Assembly: GCF_037042905.1 (NCBI RefSeq)
Contig: NC_087252.1
Location: 3,970,001-4,034,000 of the forward strand
Direction of reading: 5' to 3'
DNA length: 64,000 nt
From: Lytechinus pictus
Lineage: Eukaryota
Shown: piece after piece, positions 24,386-37,006 of the stretch
Layout of the letters: every line of letters begins with the position of its first letter
Position numbering within the stretch: position 1 is the first letter of the stretch
Program-made: the position numbers and the translations under genes
Notes under the pieces: generated by a model
What the model was told of the DNA's origin: nothing
Seen by the model: the letters and a program-made list of their open reading frames with translations, nothing else
Databases searched by the model: none

Positions 24386-24595
24386 ATATAAATAGATTTT
24401 TTATTTTGAACAAGTTCAGTAAATATGAATAAGTGAGATCTTAAGTAGATGTAGAATAATTACATTTCTGAAACCATTTGACTTTCTACCATATAAATAT
24501 ATTTTTTATTTTGAACAAGTTCAGTAAATATGAATAAGTGAGATCTTAAGTAGATGTAGAATAATTACATTTCTGAAACCATTTGACTTTCTACC
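24386..24595. repeat. Direct tandem duplication, 2 x 105 bp
   Basis: 24386-24490 and 24491-24595 differ at one position (ATATAAATAG versus ATATAAATAT). Confidence 0.95.
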
Positions 24596-25254
24596 AGTTG
24601 GTATATATTCCTGATCAGTTAACATATTTATGGCATACTTATTTTGCTCACTATAATTGCCATTTGGTCTAATCATAACTTGGTCCAACATCCACTTCTG
24701 CGAACCAGTCGCATATTGAATTGTATAATTTTACAACTGGCATTGTGTATAATGTCCCAAATTGGTAAATAATCGAACTGTCACTCTTGGTGCTTGTTTA
24801 TCATCATTGGATAATTATTATTTTGGATAGTTTTGGATTATATAGCCGTAGTTAGTATCGTTAAGTAGATATTGGATAAAAATCAGCATGGAATAATCAG
24901 AAATAAGACAAAATGGGAAGTGGGCTAAGTTGCAATTAGACCAAATAATTAAAGATAAACTGGTAATGAAACAGGGAAAAAATATCTTATTTTCAAGGAC
25001 TTCTTTTAACAACCCACTACTTAAATCTACAGCATTGTATGAGCTTTAACATTGCAGTGAATGGGTAACTTCGGGGGCTCTTCTTTTTATTTCCAGGGCT
25101 CTTTTAAGTATTTTGGGGGCAAAATCACCCTGAGCCCTCTGTAATTCCTTCCCTGTTATGGAAGGACACCATGGAAAATATCACACAAAGTGTAATTCCA
25201 CAAAAAAAATTGCCATACATGTATTTAAAAAAAGTATAATAATAACGGTATATT

Positions 25255-25433
25255 AACCCAGGGTAGCCTCTTCCAGCGGGCCCTGCTATTATTATTACCT
25301 GGCTAAACTAGGCCACCTGTTTAGGTGCACACGGCTTTTTGAGGAATTACTTCCTGCCGATACCCATTTACCTCACCTGGGTCAAGTGCAGCACACTGTG
25401 GATGAATTCCTTGCTGAAGGAAATTACGCCATG
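25255..25433 (-). mobile_element. 5'-truncated SINE body
   Basis: Minus strand CCTTCAGCAAGGAATTCATCCACAGTGTGCTGCACTTGACCCAGGTGAGGTAAATGGGTATCGGCAGG, homologous to the 21095-21280 core. Confidence 0.65.
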
Positions 25434-27399
25434 AAGAATGAAGAATGGTTTCCCCCTACTTTTTTTCACTTCTCTATTTTTCCTTTCTCCTCATTTGCAG
25501 CTTGCAGTTTTCACATCAATAAAACACCCACAGTCTTATATGAGACTAGTTTGATCATCTCTCTCAATCATAGCACAGTGTATTGTAATCCACGTGTCTG
25601 TGAACACCAAAAACTTTATAGGTCACCGTTTATTTCAAATTTTTCAACCCTCTTTTGCTCTGGCATTGGTGAGCCCCTATGCTCAATAGCTGATGAGTGA
25701 TATTTTTATTAACATGTTCAAATATTATCACATACAGAGGGGTGACTGATATTACTTTATACATTAATCAATCATAATTTTAGTAATTTCTTATCTTTGT
25801 CAGGAATTTAACTTCAATTTCTTGGGTCTGGGTCAGTGTACATGCATGGTTATCGTCAGAAAGACAGCAAAGATTTGGTATACAAATATTGTATCATAGG
25901 CTATTTTTTCATTTGAACTTGTCATCTTCAACCAAATAAAAAAATATTTGATTTTCTTGATATTTCCTTTTTTTATTTTCCCCTCTTTTCTTCTTCTTGG
26001 TATATTCTGTTTTTTCTTTAGGGTATATCCTTGCACATGTAATAAAAATTATTATAACGTGTACAATGTGACAAATTTCAAATGGATTATTTGGTTTAAC
26101 GATTGCTTTAATGATCTCTTAGGTATATTAAATTGACTTAAGCATCAATGTGAACAAATAGGCATGGAGAAAGAGGTGTGAACTTGGCCTATACATTGTT
26201 GCTGGACAAAATATTTTGCCCCTATTTGTATTGAAAAGTAACGCAAATGAAAATTGTACAATTTAAATATTTTCATAAACATTTGAAGAAGAATAGCCTG
26301 TCTTCCATGAAAATGAGTTTCCTGATTTTCTTTTTCACCAGTGCTGAATTTTAGTGAATGAAGTAATGTCTGCATGCTTTTATTGATGAAAATTTTACAG
26401 TGAGATGGCGCTAGATATCTATGCCATTAAAATATTAATTTTTTACAGAGAATTAGTAAGATTCTGTGGCTATTGCACCATTGTATAATGGAATATTTGA
26501 TGATACTCTAGTATAATTCACATTATTGACCCACACAGGCTATAACTGTTAGACTCTGAAGTATAAAATCACTTTATTCTTTAAAATAATAAAATATATA
26601 TATATATATATATATATATACTGTATATACATATATAAATTTATTTATCAGCTTGTGTTTTTTATTCATTTTTTCTTGGGGGGGGGGGGGGAGGGGAGAG
26701 TGGATATAATAAATATTTCCTCCTGAAAGTCAGGCTATTATGAACGCTTTCTGATCTTGACAATCACCAGCACTTAAACCAAACTTGTGCTGTAGAAGCA
26801 CTTGACCTTATCTCAGGTCACAACCTTTTGACCATAGTAGAGTGAGTGAGAGAGAGCTTGGGGTTGGTGTGGAGGAAATGGTTGAAAGCTTTATCCTTGG
26901 CCATGGCCTTAAAATAGTCTTGATTCCTAGACACTTTAAACATTTACAACCTGGCTAAAAATACATGTACATTGACTTCACTGTCTTTGGCACTATCGAA
27001 TTGATCCCTACCGATTTTGTCATTAGATGTTTTTCATCATGCTTGTCAGAGATATGCTACAAAAAAATAATGAAATGCAGAAAAAAATGTGAAGTTATCT
27101 CTTTGGTACTTTATAGAAGGAATGAAATTTGCCAAAAAAGTTTACAATAACCTGTAGAATGCAATCATTTTTTCCAATCACTGAACAATAGGAGTTTACT
27201 TATTAGTGACCCATTTACAGGTCAGTGCAATTTCTTGCTGGGAGTGAATGATAATGTCCCAGCTGTTGCACTGACCGATTGACCGGCTGAATGGACCAAC
27301 TGATGGAGCTTCTTGGTCAGATTGTATTATAGGACATTCACACTGCAGAATAAAGACTTTTGTTGAACTATGCATGTTATCTTGTGTTTATGTGTAATA

Positions 27400-27595
27400 C
27401 CATCACTATCATTATCATGAATGTGATGATCCTCCTCATTGCCACTTCATCGTCACCATCAGCACCACCACCTTCATCATAATTATTATTACCATCAACA
27501 CCATTATCATCAACATTATCATCATCACCATCACCACCACCGCCACCATCATCATCATCATCATCATAACTATCATCACAGCCATCATCATCATC

Positions 27596-27692
<97 letters not shown>

Positions 27693-27848
27693 CCATCATC
27701 ATCATCATAACCACAACTATCATTAAAACCATCATCATCATCATCATCATCATTATCATCATCATCATCATCACAACTATCATCAGAACCGTCATCATCA
27801 TCATCATCATCATTGTTCTCCTCCCCCTTCTCCTCCTCCTCATCATCA
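27400..27848. repeat. Long (CAT)n microsatellite
   Basis: Extended perfect and imperfect CAT arrays. Explains the poly-His and poly-Met ORFs. Confidence 0.97.
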
Positions 27849-28466
27849 AAAACCTACACAAAAAAGTGCAAGCGATACATTTTGCATTTCACTTGACTGT
27901 CAAAATAAGACAAGATGTTTAAGAAAATGATGATGCCATTGCTCTACCACAATGCTTATAAAAAATAATTTTTCTCAATAGTCTGAATGGGAGTTTGTAG
28001 GGGAATTTTGTGGAAGCTGGGGCCTAATGCCCTCGACTGGCAGGGGGCTTGCTTCGGAATGCAATCAGAGATGGTGAGGGGTGAAGCGGGATTGAAATCG
28101 GTACGCAAACGAAACCCCTGCAATGGCATGCTGAGTCCGCTATTAGCAACGGCAATTCTGGGACGTAGCGCAATGTTTATTTTCGTAGATGGATATTTCT
28201 GTATTACATTTCAATTCTTCTCCATCATGTTTACATACAATTCAATAATGTAATTGTATCCACTTGTATTTCACATCGGTGCTTTTTTTCAATACTTGAG
28301 GGTGTAGGTCTAAGTTGTATTTGTGTTGTCTGTGATATCACATTGAGCAAACATTCATTAAACGGTATGTTTTATGAATTGAGGAATACTTAAATGAACG
28401 ACTTCAAGATTATTATGATTGCGTGAAAAGAACTTCTGAAGTGATTTTTATAAGATTTGACACCTG

Positions 28467-28702
28467 GGTCCTGTTTTATGAAGACTTGTTATATCAACAA
28501 ATGCAAAAATTCTATAAAAAATTTACTATCAACTAATCAGAATATAGGATTCCATTAGCTTTTAACTGCAAACTATAATAATGATTAATATGCCTAATTA
28601 TAATGCGCCTTGAGCATCTAATCAAGATGGAAAGTGCGCTATACATATCTCTTGCATTATTATAATTTTTCATAATCATAACAAGTTTTATGAAATTGAC
28701 CC
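28467..28702. mobile_element. Harbinger-like MITE with CTG TSD, carrying a nested retroposon 3' tail
   Basis: CTG|GGTCCTGTTTTATGAAGACTTGTTAT ... ATAACAAGTTTTATGAAATTGACCC|CTG. Internal GCGCCTTGAGCA...GTGCGCTATAC..CATTATTAT resembles an L2/SINE tail. Related shorter copy at 33698-33800. Confidence 0.65.
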
Positions 28703-30162
28703 CTGGCAAAGTGATGTCGTCAGTGTGAACAATTATTTTATGATACATTTCATCAAGTGTAGCTGAAAACTATTTCCTGCATTATTTCATTTTGCTAAAC
28801 CCACATCTTTGTCTCCTAACAACACTCTTCCTTCCCCTTGGAAAATAAATAAACAGTATGAATATATTAAATGTTGTATTTATTATCATAAATTATTCAA
28901 TGCATCATTTGGCCCAGTTATGGCGAACAATATTCGAATAAATTTTCATCCTACCGGTACCCACAAACAGTACGCATTCTGAACCTCCCCCCCTCCCTCT
29001 CCTTACTAAAATACAAATCATACAGTGCAAAAATGATTGATCTTTAAAACTTCTGTCAAGCAAATAGTGCAATGATTATCGGACCCTATGCCATTCTTTA
29101 TAAGTAAGTCTATATGAATGCCTCATCCTCAAAAGTACACAAACAAACCCTGCTAAGTGATATAACATGTTGCTCAATCTTAAAACATACAAACAAACAA
29201 GTTTGATGATATACTAGCTATCTCACCCCTCCAAACACACAAACAAACAAACAGTTGACATTCCTCCACCACCAATCATACTGTAACAATCGGCTAGGTC
29301 AAGGGAATGGCGCAACCCTACCAAGCGAGGGCTCCCAACATTAGTCTAACCCTTGACCCTGGGATGAATTCCTGCTCTCCTCCTCCAAGCTTCGAGCTAG
29401 CTCTCCTCAAGTTTGGGGCAGTTTCAGGTTCACTCAGCAGGCCATCGTCTCGTAAATTTTGGTTTCGTGTGACATGTAATTGTGCTTTTTTCCCCACCCC
29501 TAGCATTCCAAGATCATTTTTCATGGTTTAGGAAAGAAATATATTTCTATCACATCTGCTTGTGTGCAAACTGAAGTACATGCTAGGATGCAAAAAGTTC
29601 AGGAATCTGGGTTGCATGGTGTAAATCATGTTTTAGAGAACTTAGGAAATTGCTGAATTTTTAAGACAAATCCTAGTTTGATGCTAAACTTGAGTAATGG
29701 CAGTTAAAATAGTTTTGAAGAGAAGGGTTTGAAATCAGTTAATTGTTATAGTTGCGTTAAGAGAATGGTTTTAGATGATGGAATGTATATGTAGACTATA
29801 AAACCCGAGTACAGTAACAATCAGCAATACCTGGTATGTGTGTTAGAATTTATTATATGACACCTAGATAGATCCTTGGCATTTGATTGGTTGTTTGATA
29901 TCGACCATTCAGACCATTTTACAATGACGTCATCGACCGTGCAATTTAGGATCCATTCATCATGCAATTTTGGATCCATACGGTTTTGTCCATTGCACGC
30001 GGGCATTGTACGCAACATACGCGACAATCAACAGACCGAGACTCATAAACATTCATTACTTGTATATTTCAAAATTATAAATGTATAGAGGATTTATTAT
30101 TATTCAACATTCTATTTAAATATGTTAAAAGAGAAATGCCCCTTTTCTATCATTTCTTACAG

Positions 30163-30206
30163 ATTTTCCAGTCTTTTACATAGGTGGAATGAAGATGTAA
30201 AGACAG
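30163..30206 (+). other. Candidate short exon (44 nt)
   Basis: CCTTTTCTATCATTTCTTACAG acceptor and CAG|GTAAGG donor. One open frame (FSSLLHRWNEDVKT). Confidence 0.5.
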
Positions 30207-30345
30207 GTAAGGTCATTCTTGTGGGTGAAAGAAAATTAAGACTCAATGCTCACAATTTCCACATTAAAAAGATAACGTGAACAATGGGTGAGGATGTGTA
30301 GTGGAGAAAAAGAGGGAGGGGTTGATATGATCATTGATCAAGATA

Positions 30346-30605
30346 AATAATAATAGTAATAATAGTAATTAACATTATTTGTATAGCGTTTATCACAAAA
30401 CATGTCTCTAAACGCTTAGGATAAAATAGAAAGAGAGAAGGAATTTCAGCAAAAAACTTAAGTAATTGTATAGTTCACAGTAGACTGTAGACAGTTGAGG
30501 GGCTTCACATGTGAAGGGAAAGGCTATTTAACAAAACAGTAGGTTTTTTAACATGGATTTGAATTTCTCTGTTGAATCCGCTTGTTTATTCTTTGTGGTA
30601 GATTG
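30346..30605 (-). mobile_element. 5'-truncated LINE (L2/CR1 group) 3' end
   Basis: The minus strand encodes frameshifted NLPQRI..ADSTEKFKSMLKNLLF, resembling the NxLP..I..A.S...FK..LK..LF C-terminus of CR1/L2 ORF2. It is followed by an AAGCGTTT..AAACGCTATA stem-loop and a (TAT)n tail. Confidence 0.7.
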
Positions 30606-31286
30606 CTGATATGGGTTTAGGGTATGGTGGTACACTTCTGCCAAATCAAAATTCATAAAGATAGGGCTTTCATAGAATAATATTCATACATATGTCATTT
30701 TATGATTCTGCCCCCATTCTGTTGATCAACTCTTTAAGCCATCTAAGGGCACACAAGGGGGGGGGGGGTAGAAGAGAAAGAGGAGGGAGGGAGACAATTG
30801 GCACATATCAATACATACAGATGCATTCAGCTCTTTCTATATTCTCAGCAATTTTAACATTTATTTCTACTTCAGAGAGTCCCAAACTAGACTTTCTTTG
30901 ATCTTATCTAATATAATCAATTTAATAATGTACTCCAGTCGTTGTTATTGTCTCTTTGTTTCTCATAACCTGTCTCTAATCTGTCAAGAGTCTCGTAATT
31001 AGGCCAATAGAGAGGGGGCGGGCCAGGGGATGGAGAAAAAAGTCAGAATATTAGATTGGGCAGGTGATGATGATTTTAGTGTCTTTTGTCACCTCATTGC
31101 TGAGAATTGAATTCCATAGATTAAAATCTGGTGGAGGTCAGTTCATATTCAACGCTCTATGACGTTTTCAATTTTCAACCACAATCTATTGCTACTTTTT
31201 AGTTACGTTTTCAGCTACGAAACTTAAAAACTTATTGATCAGATGTTCAGAAGTTATGTCTGCATTAATTTAGAGATTTATCAAAG

Positions 31287-31401
31287 CAGAGGCGGCGGAA
31301 CATCAGGCTCGGACAAAGAAAGTGGAGGCGCACCTTTTGTCTGACAAACAATAGGTGCCCCTCCACTTTCATTGCATGAGCCTGACGTTCCGCCGCCTCT
31401 T
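31287..31401. mobile_element. 115-bp hairpin MITE, hAT-like, 8-bp TSD
   Basis: TATCAAAG on both flanks. CAGAGGCGGCGGAACATCAGGCTC pairs with GAGCCTGACGTTCCGCCGCCTCT, and inner arms GAAAGTGGAGG/CCTCCACTTTC also pair. Confidence 0.9.
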
Positions 31402-32796
31402 TATCAAAGCATTAAAGATACTGTGTCAAAATCATTACAGAAAAAGTGAAAAACAGTAAAATTGCTATGTCGTGTCTGCGTGCTCCTGAATCTGTTTGGA
31501 GGTAGTACTCACTACGTAGGGAGCCCCAAATTTTGCACATGGTTTTCCAACTATACAGCACGCACTTGCAAGTATGGCTGGTTGGGACGAAGCCTTAAAT
31601 GTGAACTATTAAAATGGTTGCTCTGTGATGTAACTTACATGAATTTACTACTTTTGATAAAAGTTTTTTATTGAAAAGTATGGATACATTTGAATTCATG
31701 GACTTCCCTTTGTGAAATGTCAAAGGGCCATGTGTGAGGTGAACGGTGGAGGAAGATGCGGGCCATTGGGATGCCATCCCCAATAGACAATTCCCCCTTG
31801 CCTCGGTCTCGATCGGTCGGACGATAATCGTCGGGCCTCAGAGCACTTTCTAAAATGCCATTAAGATCTGCAGATATCAAAGCTGCTTTTGTAAGGTTCA
31901 TCTAAGTCATATCTATCATTATTGTGTGATTTTTATCACTGCCCTTCTCTTGCTTCCAATGATGTGATGTTGAAGAAAAAAAAAGTCACATGGGATCCCC
32001 AAAATCTACTTGATTTTTTTTTTATATCAGTAAAATTCTAGATCTAATTATCAAAGTGATGTTAATATAAATTAGTTAAACTTAGAGAATTTGTGATTTT
32101 CATCATTTGACTTCAGGAACAATCTAAATTCAAACTGATCTCTCCTTTGTTTCTAACAAGCATTGAAGTATTCATTAATTTATTATTCATTAAACTTGTT
32201 TTCTATATTTTAATACTGCAGCGTTGGCCTATCCAGTTTTATGAAAGCTTTACAAAGATGCCGCGCAGTTTAACATACATTATTATTAATATACATTTAA
32301 GCTTACGCTATTGTGTTTCCCTTTTTGCAAATTTTTGCCAGTCTGCATAAAAACATTACTATAAAACAGTAAAAGATTGAAAAGTGAATAAATGAAAAAA
32401 GAGGGGTAGGGGAGAGAGAGGGAGAAAGAGAGAAGGGGTGGGGGGGGGGGGGAGTGAGAGACTCTCATCGCAGGGTAGATATAATTTTGATAAAGTAATG
32501 ATCTGGAGTTGTTTAGGTTCATTGCCCCACCGCGAGAACAATCATTTTTGAGCGGTGAAGCGTAACCGCCGCCCTGTCGGTTCTTCTTCCCAATAGGTTC
32601 CATGTCGGCATCGTCTATTCCCCTGTCTAACATAAGTCCCTTTATGGGATGTCCCTTGTTTACTGATCATTTCCTTTTCCCCTTTCAACCTCCCCCCCTA
32701 TCAGATCTTCTTTATTTATGAAACTCCTTTTTGGTTTTATACTTGATTTTTAACTGTATTTACACGAAATATTTTATTAATATCCTTTGTAATCAT

Positions 32797-33256
32797 AGAC
32801 CCCATTCTAATTCCAGTCCTAAATCTAGTAGTGGAAACCAATTCATAGTGGAAACTAAAATGTGAAATGGGAACGCTCTGAGAAGCAGTCTTGGTAGCGA
32901 TCTTCCAAACCAGTTTGGATTTGGAAAACCATCTTGCAATGTGGTTTTCAAGACTGCTCTGCCTTGTTAAACTGGTTAAAGCATAGGTGAGGACACAAGT
33001 GTTTTTCAGGAAGGGATCTTTCGCACATGTTGGGCGTGCTACTTCACGCTCTGTGTGGAGAATGCCTACGCTGTGGTTTTTAAATTTCGCACGAAACATG
33101 TGACCCCACTGACAGTGTTTCAATAGCAGCAAGATCGCTTTACCTGAATTGGTTCTGAAAACCAGTTAAGAATTGGTGATGAGAACATCAGTGAAGTGAT
33201 CTTCTAAACTGGTTTAAGGAAATCTAGTTCAAGAAAGTATCATGAGAACAGGGTCG
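32797..33256. mobile_element. MITE family A copy 2 (diverged)
   Basis: Shares GCGATCTTCCAAACCAGTTT, TTAAACTGGTT, AGAATGCCTACGCTG and CAAGATCGCTTTAC with 4887-5334. Confidence 0.75.
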
Positions 33257-33545
33257 TAGACTCTCAAATTGGATAAAGTAAATTGAGCAGTACCACTAAA
33301 CTGGCTTTAGACCAAACGGCATTAGACTAAAATGCATTAGACCAAGTGGAATTAGACCAACCAACAGTTTGCCTTGAAGACATGGTATTCTGAAAGGGCC
33401 TATCATCAAGACTTCAGTCTTAATCCTTCCTCTATAAGCTTAGGATCTAGACCAACCTTGGACTCTAGAACACTGCGAAAATGAAACAGTATGGACAAGT
33501 TGACATCTTTTGTACGTGTAATGTTGCAGTCAAAGGCAACTCCTG

Positions 33546-33694
33546 GGCTCCGTAAAACAAAGATCAATCGCTAAATGAACTGACCAATCAAGATCAACAT
33601 TACACATGCATTTGGCTCAAAATACTGACCAGGAACCAATCAGAAGTGTTCTCTCATATTTGCTATTCATCGCTAATCTTTGTGTTACGGAGAC
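33546..33694. mobile_element. Harbinger-like MITE, family F copy 1, CTG TSD
   Basis: CTG|GGCTCCGTAAAACAAAG ... CTTTGTGTTACGGAGAC|CTG. Second copy at 51099-51254. Confidence 0.85.
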
Positions 33695-33697
33695 CTG

Positions 33698-33800
33698 GAT
33701 CCTGTTTCATAAAGACTTGTTATAATATCAAGTTTACTTGAATAATTTCAGTAGGCTTAAATGGTTATTGCTTTTTTCTATAACAAGTTTTATGAACCTT
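33698..33800. mobile_element. Degenerate MITE directly abutting family F copy 1
   Basis: GATCCTGTTTCATAAAGACTTGTTATA ... TATAACAAGTTTTATGAA, same ends as 28467-28702. Confidence 0.6.
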
Positions 33801-34862
33801 GGTCGGGTTGAAGTCTGTTCCATTGACGTGACTTTCGCATATGAATGGTAAAATTGGAGCATTTTTCTTATGTTAAAGGCATCTCAATATGTATTTTTGT
33901 ATAAATCTACATGTAGGCCTATATGTTATACCATGGAATAAGTATCTCCATGGCTATATTCTTCCTGGAATGTAGATGAAGACAAAGGCCTGGCAATGAT
34001 CCAGTGGGTTTTGAAAGACGCTAAGTGCATATTAGTAATCTCTAGACTCCAAAAGTCCTCCAGATTCCAGGAACAGAAAAGTTAAGAAAAATTCTGTGTC
34101 ATTTTAATACAGTTTATCATTTTTCAGACAGATGAGTAATAGTAGAATGGTTGCGATTAAAGTGATTACAGCACCAGCTTTCTTAAGACCTTCATTTTCA
34201 ATATATTTTGTGGAATTCTCTTATTTTCCTGAAATTCTTCGAGGGGGGGGGGGCTTGTTAAAGAGAGAATAAGAAAGGGGAGGAGGGGAGGAGTTGCCTT
34301 ATACATTTGCAATATATTCTCTTATTTTTGTTTTCTCATTTTATTTGGTATACTTCTGATTAGAGCAGGGGGAGAATTCAGTCATAGAACAGAGCAGGGG
34401 GGGAAGAAAAGAGTGAAAGATTTTGAGAGATTCGGAGAGCGAGAAGGGAAAATGGGGCAAAGTCGGAAAACAAATCCATACACGCCGCTTCTGAGTGATG
34501 ACAGGCCATTTCATTACTGAAGTAAATTGCTTTACAATGGCTTTTGGATAGGGAATAGCAGCCTGGCTGCGACTGTGAGGAGAATGCTTATATTGCGGGA
34601 TTGTGGCTCCAAATTGTTCTCCCCTTTGCAAGTTTTCCTGATCCCTCTTTGTTGAGTTCATTTTCATTAAGTTGATTAGTCAATTTTTAATAGTCTATGT
34701 TTGAATGAGCCTACAAATATCTGAATACCCTCTAAAAATGAAAGGGTAGAATTAAGCTATAAAGGCAGAGGAGTGCCTTTTTTTGACGGGTGGAAAACAA
34801 TTCACTCCTTGATTAGTTCTTTTCCATTCTTTTTACTGTTTCTGCTCTTTGTGATTCAAGAT

Positions 34863-35124
34863 TAGGGGCGGATCCAGGATTTTCCAAAAGGGGGGGGGCA
34901 CATTTTTCCTAGGAAAAATTTGACAAGCAAAAAAAAAAATTTAATTACCAAAATTAAGGAGATTTCGTCCAAGAAAAATGTAACAAAGCAAAAAAAATGT
35001 CTTCACTTTCAAAAGGGGGCACACTTCTGTTTCAACGGCATTCTTATATTACAAATTTTGATTTTGCTTCTCAAAGGGGGGGGGGGGGGCACGGGCCGGC
35101 TGTGCCCCCCTGGATACGCCAGTG
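34863..35124. mobile_element. hAT-like MITE
   Basis: TAGGGGCGGATCCAGG ... CCTGGATACGCCAGTG TIR. Flanks TTCAAGAT/TTTAAGAG match at 6 of 8 positions (decayed 8-bp TSD). Poly-G internal motifs. Confidence 0.75.
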
Positions 35125-36624
35125 TTTAAGAGTCTTTGCAAGGATTATGAATAATCAAATTGTGGTTTGTAATCTATATGCCCCTTATGTGAGCCTTTTT
35201 TTTTTTGGGGGGGGGGGTGAAAATCTTATCAAGCTTTGAACGGAATTTTGATCAGATAGGCCTATGTATAACATTTGGTACATCACACCTGATATCTATC
35301 TAACCTCTGAGTAGCTGTGACTCCCTTTTACAAAATATATCATATCCTTGTTTTTACGCCAAATAAATCGTTGAACCTAATTTATTGCCTGAAGTTATTT
35401 TTTTGTATACACTGTAGATATTGCCTAACTTTAACTTTCAACTTCATTACTATCATCTTTCTTGTTACAACAGCAACAATTTTTTTTCACACCATTTATT
35501 CTTTATACGGTACATTAATAATAGCCCTTTTAACAGCTTTTTTAATCGTGTAATTCAATCAATTTGCACAGGTAATCAGATATATTATTTCATCTTCCCT
35601 CAAATCCCCTTTATCTTAACCTAGGAAAGAGCTAATTACTCTCTTATGTAAAGAGCAGTTTTCTTTATTTTCCAAAAGGTATATTCTTAAGGAATAATTC
35701 CCCCCCCCCGGAAAAAAGAAAGAAATGAAATCCCATTCCTCGTGCATTATTCCAATTACTGCCGTTTCTTTGAAAATCAAAGTCAAATATATTAAATTAC
35801 CTATGTCAATACCAGTTAGCCAATTGTGTAAGGCAAGAACTGGTTTGACATATTTTAAATTTGCTAAGCTTGCAGCTTGGATTCGCACCGTGCCTGGAAA
35901 GTGTCAATTGAAATTAGCAGGATTTTACTTTTTCAGATGTGTAGCACTTTGGAAATGTTTGGGTCTTTCTCCGACCCTTTTCTGCCATTGTGATCAAACC
36001 GTTCTGACCTATATTTCCTTGGGGTTTTGAAGATGCATTTGTAAAAATTAGATTTTCATGTATTTTTCTTCGTTCCTTATATATACAGTATATATGTTGT
36101 ATTCTTTTTGTTTTCATGGTGTAAGATAAAAATGGTCTGAACAACAATTTCAGTATATATACATGTAGGTTTCAATAGCGCTAGTTGGCTTTAATCAGAA
36201 TCAGTTGATTGCATTTTAACAGTAGCTGTACTCTTAGCCTTTAAAGCTTGTTCCAATTATTCCATATCATATTCAATTTACTTGTGATGTGACTATCGCT
36301 GATTGTAAATGATTTAAGCTAGTGCTGTTGTGTAATACTGGTATACCGGCAATCTTAAGCCAACAAATCTTGAAGATTTGTAGTCAGAGAATCATTTCAG
36401 ATTGTAGATTTTCTTGTCAAGAAGATGATATCTGACAATATTAATCTATTTTGATTCTTAAATCTAGCATCATCTTGTCAGAAGCTAAATTCCTAGGAGT
36501 GGCTGTCAGGAAAACGCAAACAACTTCTTTGAAGAGGACAAGATGGGTTATTTTTGTAATGATATAGTTACATCTCATTTAAAGTGAATGTTAAACATTG
36601 GAGATTTTTTAGAAATGTAATCTG

Positions 36625-36806
36625 GGGCTGTTTTATAAAGCTGTGCGTAAGTTAAGAGTGTCTTTAAGAACGACTGGTGATCCTTTCTAGTGGTAAATGA
36701 TATTCACCATCAAATTATCATTGGTGATTATTTAGCGCGTAAGAAAGGTTCACCAGTCATTCTAAAAGTTGCTCTTAACTTACGAACAGCTTTATGAAAC
36801 ACCCAC
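36625..36806. mobile_element. Harbinger-like MITE, family G copy 1
   Basis: TTTTATAAAGCTGTGCGTAAGTTAAGAG / CTCTTAACTTACGAACAGCTTTATGAAA inverted arms. Confidence 0.8.
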
Positions 36807-36834
36807 TTGATGCCTAAATTTTTATTAATACCTG

Positions 36835-37006
36835 GGGGCCGTTTCATAAAGCTATTCATAAGATAAGAGCAACTTTAAGAACGACTGGTGATCCTTTATT
36901 GTGGTAAATGGTATATTCATTGGCGATGGTTACGAGCGTAAGAAAGGTTCACCAGTTGTTCTTAAAAGTCGCTCTTAACTTACGAACAGCTTTATGAAAC
37001 ACCCAC
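36835..37006. mobile_element. Harbinger-like MITE, family G copy 2 (direct orientation, 28 bp downstream)
   Basis: Same arms and the same right end GCTTTATGAAACACCCAC, with a slightly different centre. Confidence 0.8.

Noticed and set aside
27436..27861. Poly-His and poly-Met proteins
   Set aside because: Translations of a (CAT)n microsatellite.
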